In this document: positions 1 to 14,250 of the stretch, piece by piece
Layout: each line of letters starts with the position of its first letter
Numbering within the stretch: position 1 is the stretch's first letter
Source: Lama glama
Lineage: Eukaryota
Reading direction: 5' to 3'
Assembly: GCA_028534125.1 (NCBI GenBank)
Contig: CM052817.1
Location: 12,154,001 to 12,218,000 of the forward strand
DNA: 64,000 nucleotides
Translations under genes and position numbers: made by a program
Notes under the pieces: generated by a model
What the model saw: only the letters and a program-made list of their open reading frames with translations
Databases searched by the model: none
What the model was told of the DNA's origin: nothing

Positions 1-988
1 TCAGTCTTTATTTTTGCTGCCTCACTGGATTCTTCATTGTTTTCAGATTTTTCCGTCTGGCACTAGGCCCCAATTTTATAGGCATTTTATTGACATTGTT
101 TAATTTATTTCAAAATAATTTCCACACTAGTAAAAATATATTTCCAAATGTATGTACTTCAGCTCTCAGAAATATCCCATTATGTGAATCTCATTCCTCA
201 GTGACAGTGGAAAAATGTGTTTATGGGGTGGATGAGTTTGGTTATGACAACAATTCTATTTCTCTCCCTTAGATAAGAAAAATGACTGAAAAGACTGAAC
301 TGTGAGTCTCAGTAAAAATGTGCAATTATCATGTTGTCATGCAGACCCAGGCCTCTCTGCTTAAACTTATTTTAAAGAAATAGAAAATACACTGGCTAAG
401 ACTACTTTTCTTTTCTCTCTCTGTATTCTCGCTCCCCAGGAAGCCATGTCTTGTCTGGCTAATGTCTAGGGCTCTACTATACCAAGAAGAGATCTCCTGG
501 TTGAAAACTTATCAAACAGGAAACTCATTTGGAAACGCTGATGCATTTTGATGCTAGGTTATGTAGACGACATACCTTGTTGACCTAACTATAATTTTTC
601 AGTCTCCTTATTCACACTAATTAAACATGATTCAGGTTACATATTATTTCTGTCTTCTCCATTCCATCCCATTAATTTATCTCTTAACTTTCATTCCGTA
701 AGTATTCTATATTTGGCCTAGATACTATGTTTTAATCATTTTATGCTGAATTTTCTGTCTTAGGGTATAAAAACATTCAGTTCTCAAATTTCAAAGGAAA
801 AGTGGATCTTGAAGGATAAGGAAGGTTTAGACCTGTGGGGAAAGGGGAAACAATGTTTAGAGAGCGTAAAATAGTTTTAAATAAGATTTGGGTGCCTGTG
901 TATATAATATTTCATACATAATGGTAAAACCCTGTTTACTGCATTTTACCTTCTATTATTACTTATGCTATAATAATTTAAACTTTAA

Positions 989-1488
989 NNNNNNNNNNNN
1001 NNNNNNNNNNNNNNNNNNNNNNNNNNNNNNNNNNNNNNNNNNNNNNNNNNNNNNNNNNNNNNNNNNNNNNNNNNNNNNNNNNNNNNNNNNNNNNNNNNNN
1101 NNNNNNNNNNNNNNNNNNNNNNNNNNNNNNNNNNNNNNNNNNNNNNNNNNNNNNNNNNNNNNNNNNNNNNNNNNNNNNNNNNNNNNNNNNNNNNNNNNNN
1201 NNNNNNNNNNNNNNNNNNNNNNNNNNNNNNNNNNNNNNNNNNNNNNNNNNNNNNNNNNNNNNNNNNNNNNNNNNNNNNNNNNNNNNNNNNNNNNNNNNNN
1301 NNNNNNNNNNNNNNNNNNNNNNNNNNNNNNNNNNNNNNNNNNNNNNNNNNNNNNNNNNNNNNNNNNNNNNNNNNNNNNNNNNNNNNNNNNNNNNNNNNNN
1401 NNNNNNNNNNNNNNNNNNNNNNNNNNNNNNNNNNNNNNNNNNNNNNNNNNNNNNNNNNNNNNNNNNNNNNNNNNNNNNNNNNNNNNNN
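989..1488. other. Assembly gap, exactly 500 N
   Basis: Run of N seen directly; same length as the second gap, so a fixed scaffolding spacer. Confidence 0.99.
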
Positions 1489-3180
1489 GATAATCCTAGA
1501 AACACAATCTTTCAAAACTGAATCAGGAAGAAATAGACAATCTAAACGGACAGATCATTAGTACTGAAATTCAGTTGGTAATGAAAAAACTTCCAGGAAG
1601 GAAAGGCCAGGACCTGATGGCTGGCTTCACAGTGGAATTCTACCAAATGTATAATGAAGAGCTAGTACTTATTCTTCTCACACTATTCCAAAAAATTGAA
1701 GAGGAGGGAAACACTTCCAAATTTATTCTATGAAGCCACAATTACCCTGATACCAAAACCAGACAAAACACTACAAAAGAAAAAAGGAAAAAAGGAAATT
1801 ACACACCAATATCTCTAATGAACATAGGTGCAAAAATCCTCAACAAAATATTAGCAAACCAAAGTCAATAATATTTAAACAGTGTCATACACCATGATGG
1901 AGTGGGGTTTATTCTAGGAATGAAAAGATGATTCAATATCTATAAAACAATCAATGTGATATAGCACATTAACCAAACGAAGGATTAAAAATCACATCAC
2001 CATCTCAATAGATGCAGAATAAGCATTTCACAAAATTCAACATCTACTTATGATAAACACCCTCATCAGTGTTGGTATAAAGGGTACTATCTCAATGTAA
2101 TACAGGCCACTTTTGACAAACACACAGCCAACCTTATACTCAGTGGTGAATAGTTAAAAGTTTTTTTTCTCAAATCAGGAACAAGGCAATGATGCCCACT
2201 TGATATAATGTTGGAAGTCTTAGCCACAGCAATCAGAAAAGAAAAAGAAAGAAAAGGGATCCAAATTGGAAGGGAAGAGGTAAAATTGTCACTATATGCA
2301 GATGACATGATACTATATATAGGAAACCCTAAAGGCTCCACACAAAAAACTACTAGAACTGATAAATGAATTCAGCAAAGTAGCAGGAAACATTTAACAA
2401 TCTAAATATTAAGACTGGAAGCCATAGCACCCCTAAAAGAAAACTTAGGCAATACATCCTTTGACTTAAGTTGTAGTTATATTTTTGTGTGTCAGTCGCT
2501 TCAGGCAAAAGATACAAAAGCAAAACTAAACAAATGAAACCTAATTAAATTAAAAGCTTTTGCAAAGCCAATGAAAGTACTGACAAAACAAAAAAGACAA
2601 CCAACTGAATGGGAGACATTATTTGCAAAAGATGTGTTTGGTAAGGGATTAATATCCAAAATGTCTAAAAACTTACATAACATAATATCAAAACCCAAAA
2701 CAACCCGCTAAAAAATAGGCAGAAGACCTGCATAGACATATTTTTTCAAAGAAGACATTCAGATAGCTACGAAGCACATGAAAAGATGCTCAACATTATT
2801 AATCACCTGAGAAATGCAAATCAAAACTACAATGAAATATCACCTCGCACATGTCAGAATGGCTATCATCAAAAAGACCACAGACAACAAATGTTACCAA
2901 GGATGTGAAGAAGAGGAAACCTTAATACACTGTTGGTGACAATGCAAACTGGTGCAGTCGTGGAAAATGGCATGGAGTGTCCCCAAAAAACTAAAAATAG
3001 AACTATCATATGATCCAAGATTTCCACTCCTGAGTACATATTGAAATAAAAAAGGAAACACTAATTCAAAAGTATATATGCACCTCAATATTCATAGCAG
3101 CATTATTAAAATCGCAAATATATGGAAGCAACCCAAGTGTCCATCACAGATGAATGAATAAAAGAGAAGTAGTACATATG
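1489..3180 (+). mobile_element. LINE-1 fragment: decayed ORF2 (RT and C-terminal CCHC region) running to about the ORF2 end, internally deleted
   Basis: Translates to L1 ORF2 motifs: KLNQEEIDNLN at about 1515, [10 protein letters not shown] (YADD at 2295-2306), and KCYQGCEEEETLIHCW*QC at about 2890-2946. Contains stops and frameshifts, with a jump in the ORF2 sequence near 2395. The 5' end is hidden by the gap. Confidence 0.95.
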
Positions 3181-3289
3181 TATTTATTGTATATGTAATT
3201 ATAATAATTATTATTATAATGTATAAAAAGAAGACTAAATACCTAATTTTCTTCCTATAATTAAGATGTAAGACAAATTTAAGGGAGGG

Positions 3290-5070
3290 TTTGCCAAGCA
3301 CACTCCCACCTTTCTGCATTTCAAGCAGAAGTAGCAGGAAGTGCATAGCTGGATCAGGACAGGTACTTGGCAGACTTTAGAGGAAGGAACAGGTAGTGTG
3401 ACAGGAGCACACTGAGTAGATTGGGGGCGTTGTAGGACATGATGTAATAGAGCCAATGGGGACCAGATCAGATGGTACCTTCTAGGCTGCTGTAAAGATA
3501 CTGGCTTTTATTTTGAGCAAGATGGAGTGTCATTGGAAAATCTGAGAATAAGAGTGCTGGGATCACTCTAGCTTTGGGTGAAAGTAGACCCTTTTATGGC
3601 AAGCATGTAGCAGAGAGGAAAATTAGAAGAGTATGGAAAGAATCCAGATGAGATATGATAGTGGCTTAAACAAGTGTGTAATGGCAATGGCATTGAAAAG
3701 TGGTTCAGTTCTATATATTTTTAGAGGAAACTTGCCTTGGTGTGGGGCATAAGAGAAATAAGGGATTCAGGGATGGTTTGGCCTGAGCAACTGGAAAGTT
3801 TGAATTCTCATTAAAGGAGATGAAGAAGACTACAAGGGAAGCAATTCTGTGTTGAGGGGAGAAATGAGGTTACCACTTATAGAAATACTAATTTTGAGGT
3901 CTTTAGTAGTCATTCAAGTGAAGGTGTCTAGTAGGTAGTTGTGTCTGCAAGTCTAGGGTCCTAGGGAGAGACTTGAACTGAAGATATAAATGTATAAGTT
4001 GTCAGACAACTGTTGACATTGAAAACGCTGGGTTTGGAAGAGATGACTTAGAGATTGAGTATAGATGGAACAGAAGTGTGAGGATTGACACTCAGGAATT
4101 TCCATTGCCTGGAGATCAGGATGCATGGAGAAATTAACAAAGGAAGATAAAAAGAAGCTGTCAGTGATGTAGAAAGAGAACCAACTGAGGGAGATACCCC
4201 ATCAGCTAAGTTGAATAAGTAAGTTTCATGAAGCAGTTGATGATTGTGTCAGATATTGTTGGTAGGTGAGGTAAGGTGTGGGCTTATCATTGAAAAGAGC
4301 AGTTTCAGTGGAAAAAAGAGTTGAATGCTTGATCTGTTAGGTTCAAGAGAGAATGCGAGAAGATCACTTGGGGACATAATGTACAGATACCTGCTTTGAG
4401 GAGATTTTTTCTATAAAGGATAATGGAAGCTAGATGGGGTTATGAGGTCAAAGGAGAATTTCCTGTTGGTTTTTAACTTGAGAGTAACTGCAGGATATTT
4501 ATGTGCTAATGAACAGGATCCAATAAAGAGTAAAAGGAGATGATTTTCAAATGCGCAAACAACCACTACCTTAAGTCGATGAAAAAGGAAGAATTATAGA
4601 ACACCACAGTTGGGACTGGCTTTCGGTGCATGAAGAGTATATTCCTCATTAAATGGGATGAAGAAGAACTCTGTGATATAAAAAAGTAGTTTTGTAGTAC
4701 ATATTTTGGTTAGAGCCTGTGGATTTACCTTCTGATTTTTTTTTCCATTTTATCAGTGAGGTAGATCCTGAGCCATAAGCTGAGAATGAGGTGTTGAATG
4801 TTCGAGGAGAGAGAAGTTGTGAAATAGTGATCTAGGAATAGGGAAGGAAAGAAATCTGTGCTAGGACTTTTGGGCATAATGGCCTGTGTAAAGTTAAAGT
4901 GGAGGTATTTAAAGTGTATGCCTAGCATGGTTTTATCTAACCGAATTTATTTGAACAAGTATAGGTGGAGCATACATAGTGAGCTGGAATTTTGCGAGGT
5001 AAGTACAACACAGTGAGAGATGGGCAAGGATGTTTATGGTATAAACAAGAACGTCATTAAAATCTTAGCC
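3290..5070 (-). mobile_element. LINE-2 (L2) fossil
   Basis: Purine-rich tract matching recalled antisense L2 consensus phrases (e.g. ggcttttattttgagcaagatggag, gtctagtaggtagttg, gagcagtttcagtgg). Boundaries approximate. Confidence 0.75.
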
Positions 5071-6329
5071 CTTATTTGGAGGCAAATCCATAAATGCTTT
5101 GTTGTCTGCCCCCTCAATCTGACCTTGACCAATGAAAGCTTCTAACACAAGTGGCACTGGCATTGTTATTGTTATGGATGAATATGCATTACAATATGTC
5201 TGCATTTCTCACTGATAGCCTAACTACGGAAATAGTCACGTTGACTCCTGTTATAACTAACCAGAGGGCATCCAGTGATACCTAATGTAAAGTAGACAGC
5301 TTCCCAATAAGGTTAAGGGAATTGAAGTCAGAGAGAAGTGCCTTGCCCCAGGCTCCAGACGGTGGCTGAGCTGGGATCAGACCTGCTGCATCCTTTGGTA
5401 CGAGCCTTCTCTGCCCTCTAAAACACGCCGCATCAGCCTGTGCCTCGGGTCACAATTTAATTCCATGTTTTAGTTTTTGTTCAGGTTTGGAATGACTGTT
5501 ATCTGACTTGCAATTTCCTTTGTCCTCATTAGTGAAAAGGTCAAAATGTTTGACTATAACCAAGACCCACCTCTAGTAAACGGCAGGCCTTCTTTGTCAC
5601 TTTCCTCAGCCTCAAAGCTGTAGGACAGAAAACTGTAAAAGCCTCTTGTATGCAATACAAATTAGATATGGCATTAGAGGACTGAGAAAGTTTTGGAAAC
5701 TAAATCTCAAAGGGTCATTAAATAACTTATTTTTAGGTCAGTGTTCATTTTCTCATAAAATGTGGATCACCCAAGGAAATAAAAATTAAAAAAAAATCTT
5801 TTATCAAAACGCTAAGTGGAAATTTAATTTGAAAAGGAAGAGCTTGCTCTGTTTTCCACCATGGAGGCTAAGCTCTGGAGAATTGCTGTGTTGAATCTGT
5901 GCTGTGTTCCTCATATAGGCAGTGCCTTCTAACACAGAACACAAGCGGAAGCATTTGTCTGCACTTTGCTTATTAAACCACTTAGAAGTAAGTTATTTTG
6001 ATTTGGAACTACTGAGGTTCAGTTATAAAAACTCGGAAAGTACGCTGTTTGGTAATGTGCTGACATTTGTTTACTATGCTAATGTCTGAACTTTCTCATT
6101 CACGCTCACATGACATTCTGAGAGTGTTGTAAATGATGGCATTTTAAATGCATTATCATCCAACTTCATACCTGCCGTGCAGCTGCATGTTCTGTAAGCA
6201 TCTGAAGTGAAACAATTTAATATTGATCTTATTTTTTTCCCAACAAACAACTCCCTCTCTGGGCTTTCCTGTAATCTACTAGAGAGTCCAAGCAAGATAC
6301 CTGGAGTTTATCCTAGGCCCCATGACCCA

Positions 6330-6510
6330 ATGGGTAAGAATTCAGGCCCTGGAGCCAGATGTGCATTCAGATCTTGACTCTGCATCTTATTAAGGCTGTT
6401 TTAACATGCTGTTTCTTCCCGAAGTACTGTTACTTATCTTTAAAAATAATAAGGTAACAACGGCTAATTCATAGGGTTATTTTGGAGATTAAATAAGGTA
6501 ATACACTTAA
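6330..6510 (+). mobile_element. MIR SINE
   Basis: ctggagccaga head and catagggttattttggagattaaataag core resemble the MIR consensus. Confidence 0.7.
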
Positions 6511-6939
6511 CAAAGTATAAGAGTATACTTTGTGTGGATATACCAGTGAGCAGAATATGTAAGATTAATCCTACAACAGACTAGACATTTTAGTTGGGAA
6601 AATATATTAAATCAACAAAGCAATACACAAGCATGATTATGTCAAGTAACAAACGCCATAACAGAAATAAAAGTGGATTATTTGACAAAGATTCGGGAAT
6701 CAGATTGACAGAAAGAGAAAGATCTTTGCAGGCAGGTGAAAATAAAAACCCAGCAATGCAGGGATCCAGAGGCAGAGGCTTGAGTCCAAGAGAAGGGAAT
6801 AATTATTGAAAAAGTACTAGAGTAGGGTAGTGTCCTTGAGACATGTTTAACAACATAAAATAAGCCTCAGAGAGGAATGAATAAGAAGCAGAAGAGTGCA
6901 GATGACATCAAGCAAGCTGGCAGAAAACAGATCATACAG

Positions 6940-9813
6940 CATTTGAATACTTTAAAATTGATGACAATGAAAAACAAAACATATCAAGATTTGTGGGTTG
7001 AAGGTAAAGCCGTTCTTGGGGCAAATTCATACTTTAAGTGCTTATATTTATAAAAGAAGGAAGATACAAAATTAAAGACATAAATTTTCACCTTAAAAAG
7101 CTGCAGGAAGAAGAGCATATTTACCCAAATTAAGTAGAAGAAAAACAATAATAAAGAGCAGAAATCAAAGAAATAAAAAAGCAGGCAGACAATGGAGAAA
7201 ATTAAAGTCAATAAACAGTCATTTTAAAGGATCAAACAAATTAATTAATCTCCAGTTAGACTGACTAAGCGATGCAGAGAGAGAGAGTGATAGCAGGGAT
7301 ATGCAGGAGAAATACATCACAAATATCAGGAATGAAAAAGAAGTTTTCATCTCAGATCCTAGACATTAAGATAACAAGAGAATTCAATTAACAAATTGAT
7401 GAAAACAACTTTGACAACTTGGATTATACATAAAAATTTATTGGAAAATACAAAATAGCTATACCCTCCCCTTGAAAAATCGGAATACCTCTATACCTAT
7501 TCAATAAATCAGATTTGTTGTCTATACAAGCCTCAAAAGTAAATATTCAGGCCCAGATGCTTAACTGGTGAAATGTATCAAACATTCAATGAAGAAATAA
7601 TATCAATTTTTCACATACATTTTCTGAATGTAGGAGAGCAGTACCCCAATCATTTTATGAGGTCAATGATAACCCTAATGCATGAAAAAATATTGCAAAA
7701 AAATTCAATATCCCTCATGAACATAGATATTAACTTCTTAGAAACATATCAGCAAATCAAGTCTGATAATAAGAAAGATGACACATCATGAGGAGGTAGG
7801 GTTTATCCCAGGTATATGAGATTGGTTTATCCTTTGAAAATCAGTCAGTATGATTCATCACATTAGCGACAACAAAAAAAATCAAAACTTAAAAAAATAT
7901 AATTGTGAAAATGAAATATGATTCTTTCAATTGTTGCAGAAAAACATTTGACAAAACTGAATATTCATTTAAGATAAAAACTATCATGAAATTAGGAATA
8001 ATATGAAATTTTCTCAAAGACAAGGGGCATCAGTTAAAATTCTACAACCAACATAATGCTCACTAATGGAAAACTTAAATGCTTCCCCTTGAGCTAGGGA
8101 ACGAGATAGGAATGTCTACTATTGCCATGACTGTTCAGTGTTGTGCTGGAGGAGCTAGGCATAGCAACAAGGCAAGACAAATAATAGAAATTACAAGGAT
8201 TGGAAAAGAAGCTAAGCTCTCCTTATTTGTAGAGAATTGCAGAAAATCCCAAGGAACTTACAAATAAGACTTATTAAGACTAAAAAATAAATTTAGCAAG
8301 GTTTCAGATATGAGGTTAATATAGAATATAAAGCAGATTTGTATATACTAGAAGCAAACAATTGATGTTAAAAATTAAATTCCTTTTACAGTGGCACCAA
8401 AACCAAAAAAAATACTTAGTAATTTATTTAATGAAACATAGCGAAACAACAAAACATTAATGAAATGAAAGAAAAGCTATATAAGTGTAGAGATACATGT
8501 TAGTCATGAGTTGGAATGCTCATTAGTGCTAAGATGTCAAATTTTTAAATTATTCTAGGATTCAACATAGTAACAGTCAATGTTTCAGCACCCTTTTTAA
8601 ATAAATTGAGAAGATTTTATACATTGATTCTAAAATATATAGAGAAATACAAAGTATTTAAAATAGCCAGGACAAATAAAGGCCTTACCATAACTGAGTT
8701 ATAAATGAATCATGAACTTCACTGTAAATCTAAAAGAATAAAACATCTAAAAGAAAACAAAGAAGAAAATTTTTGCTGTCCCAACATAGATACAATCCAA
8801 AAAGCATGAAGTATACATAATATGAAAAAGTAATTAGTTGGATCTATCTAAAATTTAAAAATTGCCATTGAAATACTTATTTTAAAAGATAAAAATAAAA
8901 ACAACATACTGGTAGAAAATATTTACAACACATATATAAGACCAAAGTCTTTCTCCCAGAATATATAAAGAATGCTTACAACTCAGTAAAAAATTGGGCA
9001 AGAGATTTGGACATTTTACAAAAGAAAGGATTGAAATGACAAATAAGCACATGAAAATACACTCAATAGCATTAATTATCAGGGAAATAAAAATTAAATC
9101 ACAATGAGATACCACTACATACCCACTTCATTTTAGATTTGCTAAAATGAAAGAGACTGAGACTACCAAGAATTAGCAAGGATGTGGAGCTACTGGGACT
9201 TTATATACTGCTGGTAGGAATATAAAATGGTACAACTACTTAGCAAAATAATTTGGCTATTTCTTAAAACATTAAATGTACACCTACCTTGTGACTTAGG
9301 AGTTCTCCCCCTAGTCATTTACAATGAGAAAGGAAAACTCAAAAATATGTACAAATAATGACTTCTATATGAATATTACTAGTAGCTTAATTTGTAAAGG
9401 TCCCAAACTGGAAACAACTCAAATGTCCAAGAGTAGGTGAATGGATACTTGAACTTTAGAAGGAATAAATTATTGAATACCCAGGAGAAGAATCTCAAAA
9501 TCATCATTCTGAGTGAGAAAAGCAAGGGAAGAGTTTACACTCTATGGTTCCATGGATATATATTTTTAGACAGAATAAACTAATTTATATTGTCATAAAG
9601 CAGGTCAATTGTTTCTTGGAGAAGGGGTTGGAATAAAGAATATATTGCTTATGGACACAGGGAAAGTTTTGGTGATGATAGAAATATTCATTATCTTGAT
9701 TCTATGGTTGATTTCATATGCATATAAAAATGTCAAAGTCATTTAAATTATACTATTCAAATACATGCTATTTACTTCAATAATATCCCAATAATGTCAT
9801 GAAATTAAAAAAA
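6940..9813 (+). mobile_element. Old LINE-1 (L1MC/L1ME-like): heavily decayed ORF2 plus 3' UTR and A-tail
   Basis: Degenerate ORF2 motifs (GPD...GE(M)YQTFNEEII at about 7550-7600, LPLELG at about 8080, C-terminal region at about 9100-9440), an ancient-type 3' UTR and an A-run at about 9806. Confidence 0.88.
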
Positions 9814-9819
9814 AGTGAC

Positions 9820-10800
9820 AGTAACAAATATTTAGAGAAATAGGATCATCATTTATTTTCAGCTGCTGAGAATTTAAACAGACACACTTTGAAAGTAACC
9901 TGACATATTCTGATAAAATTGGAAATAACCATATCCAAACTCATATATTTCAATTCTGCAAAGGAAAACTTTCTCACATTTGTATAGAAATATTCAGAAA
10001 GATTCTCACTGCAGCATTATTTATAATAGATAAGGTATTTAATAAAATATTCATCAGTAGGTGGATGATTGAATAAAATATGGTACAGTCAGATAGGACA
10101 CTATATGACGATTTTAACACGAATAAACTAGATCTCTAAATGGAAATATGGGTAGATGTACAAAATATCATAATTGAGTAAAAAACATAATAAAGAATTA
10201 CATATACAATATGACATGATTCAAGGAAGTTTAACATATATCAAAACTATATTTTATGTATATGCACCTAAATATTTTGTGTACATCTACATGTACATTT
10301 ATAATTAATATACAGTATTGCTAGTATATAAAAATGAACCAAGCTCATTGTGCATTTTTTCTTGAAGGTCCAGCTAGTATACAGGGAACTGAAACTGGAG
10401 GGATCTCACAATAGAAGGACATTTTACCCTTATCTTTAATGCATCATTTCCTGAAAACTCTTAAACAAATCTCATATTAATAGACGTTAGTTCTAGGTGT
10501 TTGAGATATGAGCATTTGTTACATTATTCCTCCTCATTTTAAAAGCTTCCCACACAGAGGCAATACCTTATATATGATTATGTATGTGTGTGTGTGCGTG
10601 TGTGTGTAAGTGTCTAAAATAGATCTAAAACTGTACAAACAAAAATCAATAGATGTTACTTTAGAAAAAGAGAATGAGATTTAGGGTGGACAATTTGCAG
10701 TGATGGGTGGAGGTCAAGTAGTTAACAGGGTTTTTGCCTGTATCTAAGTTCAAATTTTGACAATGAGAACATATTTGCGTCTTATTGAGTGTCCAAAATA
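9820..10800 (+). mobile_element. Further ancient L1ME-like 3' end fragments
   Basis: A-rich sequence with L1 3'-end phrases (ctcactgcagcattatttataatag, atggtacagtcagatagg). Very diverged. Confidence 0.6.
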
Positions 10801-11159
10801 AGTACTTCATAAACTTAAATTAATGATAGAATGGCAGTACATTGAACTAAGTTCTTTGGTACAGGCAAGCATATGTTACCTTCAGAATACTGAGAGAGGA
10901 TGGTTATGGATGTGGAGAATGGTTTCCCAAAAGCAGTTTTTCATGAGTAGGTGACTCCTGAATAAAATCTAGAATTTAACCTGGATGTTTAATCAGGAGT
11001 CCATTGGTTCGTATTGGAAAAATATAAATGCTTAGTTTCACTAACATCTAACTAAAATTCAGCCTTTCTATTAACTACGAATCGTAGCAACAGGTCTCAT
11101 TGATATTGACAGACCTGTGACTTGGGGGCCAATAAAAGCCATAGCATTTTCTTCTAGTT

Positions 11160-11451
11160 ACTACAGTTATTACTGATATATTAAAATATTATTGAACTTA
11201 TTACTAATTGAAAATTATGGTAGTAATTAGACTTCATGCACTATCTTATTATTTAATGTGTTAATAAGAAGGATACACATACATTTTTGTTTCAAATTTG
11301 TTATTTTTAAAAGCTTCAATAACTGGCTTCATTTGTGATCCTATGTATGTTTATTATGGGTTTAAACACATTGCTCTGGGGTGGGGTAAATAGGCTTCAC
11401 TAGTCTGCTAAAGGAGTCTATAACATACACAAAGATGTTAAGAACCTCTGT
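11160..11451. mobile_element. hAT-Charlie family DNA transposon fossil
   Basis: Ends in ataggcttcactagtctgctaaaggagtc...gttaagaacctctg, resembling a Charlie-type terminal inverted repeat. Subfamily not assigned. Confidence 0.6.
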
Positions 11452-13129
11452 GCAGAAGGATGAATCAAGCAAGGATTGGTGGTGGGCAGGATGCACTGGG
11501 GTGGTGGGTTGGGGAGAGGAGCAGAGCGGGCCGAGGAAACTGGATGTGGAGCGTAAGAGCATGAGGAAATATGGCACCATTCGGCTCAGCTCATAAATAA
11601 CTTTTTATGTTGCAAATACAATTTTCCTTCCATAGTTACCCTTCGGGAGGATAATTCTATTCTTATCAATCTAATCAGCAGATGTTTTGGTTCAGGAAGT
11701 GAATAACTTTGAAGCACGAAAGCATATCATGAAAAAAATGCTTCTCAGGTTTTACAGTTCATGCCACTTTACACGAGAAAGTTGTTATCTTCAAAGTTTC
11801 AACTATGAGTTCATAGTTTATAAATAATTACTTGTCACAAGATATATTGTTGGAAAAGAATCCTCTGATACGTCCATGACCAATCTTGGCCTGATTAGCA
11901 AATCTGGACATCTCCATGACTACCAACATCCAAATGAAAACAAAAAATCCAGACATTGTACATTTTGTCTGGATCAGTAGAATTATTGTATTCAAATAAA
12001 TTTTTACTTGGATTATAATTTTGATTAAAAATAAAAATAAAACTGCTTTGCTTGGTGAGCTAATGGAAGGGCAGGGACTCTGCCCACTGTTTTGTTCACC
12101 TTGTCCATCATGGCGGCCCAGGAGGCTGCTTTACCGAAACTAAAGCTCCACATACATCAACATCTAGATATTCAGAGGCATCTGTATTTCTCCCTGGAAT
12201 GTCTCCTCAGTTCTGTGCCTTTGAAATAGTAACATCATCATAATGTATTTTATATTTGTCTGTATATCTAAAATGTTCAATGTTGGCATTGTGATTTCCA
12301 TCTCATCCAAATAGCGTAGGGACACTATTCAGAAGAGGAGGAAGGTAAAAAATCCTCTTTGTTCCCTCTCCTACTGTTCACTTTACCTTCTGGGTCATTG
12401 CCTCTGAAAAAGTTCTTAGAGATCTTTGGTAAGCACATCCTCAGTTTTATTTCAATAACGTTTTACTCAGTTTATTAGTATGTTCTCGGACACAGCACAG
12501 GTTTTTCTTAACTTTAATATGTTCAAGTCTAGAACGATCATTCCTTTATACATTAGAGACTGACAGCAGCAAACTGGGCTTCGTATACTGAATTCCAACT
12601 TTGCTATTACAAATCACAAATAAAAAATTAAAAATATTTCACGGTGGCATTAGTTATCAGTCAACAGTTCTACTTTGGCAACTTCACAAATATGTATTTA
12701 ATTACATAACTTTGATACTAAATTTTATTGTATTTTGCTTTGTTACTTTATAAAAAAAATAATCGGGGAGGAAAACAAAGAAGTCCTATTGTGTTAAAAT
12801 TAAATACAGTTAAAGATAATTTGTAGCTATGTCCAAAGTACCACTCTCATTGTTCTGGATTGGCTGGATACTTACTAGAGATAAGTCTGTTCATATTGGT
12901 TCAGTTATAATAGAAGGAACACTTTAATAAAATAATAGAAATAAATTTTATTATTAAAGATACTTAATTAGGAATGCAAAACTTTTCCTTATCTCCCACC
13001 CCATAGCATATCTGTCACTCAGCTTTGACAAATTCTGCTTTTTCACAAGTTTTAGAGATAGCAAAGTAGTGGGTTGACTTCTTTTGAAATTTCTTGCTTC
13101 GGAAGTCTGCATACAACAGTGGTCCTGCT

Positions 13130-13255
13130 CTCTGATAGCACTTTAAGCTCTGTAACTCTGAGCAAATCACATAAACCTTCTGAACCTGTTTCCTCATTCA
13201 TGAAATGACAAGAGTTTGACTAGCTGATCTTTATAAAGTCCCTTCCAGAGCCATT
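13130..13255 (+). mobile_element. MIR (MIR3/MIRb-like) core
   Basis: gagcaaatcacataaaccttctgaacctgtttcctcattcatgaaatg matches the MIR core. Confidence 0.7.
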
Positions 13256-14071
13256 GTTATAAGACAATATTTGCTGGATTGAGGAAAGATAACAGTCCTG
13301 GCTCCCAGCCATTACATAAGCCTGGAATTAACCTGCACCTCCAGCCAGCTGCCTGTGATGTCTCATGCACCATATTTTACTGTATTGATTGGATAATAAC
13401 CTTTTCAAAACAAGGCATTGAGTGGGTTGCTCTTTTATATCACAAGCTGTCTTTACTTTGATGCTTTCAAATCCATGTATTCGCTTTAGATAAAGTATAA
13501 ACTTATTTCATTATAGCTGAAGAATTCTGACATTAAAGTAAAAGGATGCCAGAATAAAATCAATGGGCATCCACTTTCCTTCAATACATTGCTTCAAAAT
13601 TAAATGTCAGCTGATAATTTAGTCTCAGATCTGTTCATGACTTTACCATAACTGAAAGTAGCTTCAGATGATTTCTTTCTTCCAGCTAGGAAATTGATCT
13701 CATACATTACATCTAAATAGTTTAAATCTGTGCACTATTAGTAAACTGGCCAAGGAAGTCTCCAGTCTGTATAATATTAATTCAGAAAAGCTTGAGATTT
13801 GTTAGCTCAATAATGAGGTAATAGTTTGTCTAATTTCATCTCGACACAGTGATATGTGACACTTCAGTAATAGCTAATGTGACCTTAAAGGTTAATGATG
13901 GCATAGCTCATCTGAAGTGACAGCCTACTCTAAGTTCTCCTACAGTCGATCTTAATTCTTTTTTTTTTTAATTAGGTTACTGGTGTAGCAATGAAGCTTT
14001 AGTGACTGTTATCTGGAATTGCAGACTTGGCCAAATTAGTTCCAGGGGTTGCATGATGAGACATTCTGTTG

Positions 14072-14250
14072 AAGTTCTTACTGTATAACACAGGGAACTA
14101 TATTCAATATCTTGTAGTAATTTGTGAAAAAGAATATGAAAACGAATATATGTACATTCCTATATGACTAAACATTGTGCTGTACACCAGAAATTGACAC
14201 AACATTGTAAACTCACTATGCTTCAATAAAAATATTAAAGAAAAAAGAAA
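14072..14250 (+). mobile_element. 5'-truncated lineage-specific L1 3' end (cetartiodactyl/camelid type)
   Basis: cacagggaactatattcaatatcttgta...gctgtacaccagaaattgacacaacattgtaaac, followed by AATAAA and an A-rich tail. Confidence 0.88.

Noticed and set aside
888..1515. Long ORFs of 175-201 aa (and those at 50511-51202)
   Set aside because: They are artefacts of reading through N gaps.
5856..5932. CCACCATGG-initiated 23-aa ORF (MEAKLWRIAVLNLCCVPHIGSAF)
   Set aside because: It is short and has no promoter or splice context; consistent with chance.
1489..9813. Reverse-transcriptase motifs as a possible active or novel RT system
   Set aside because: They are ordinary LINE-1 ORF2 relics with stops, frameshifts and deletions.
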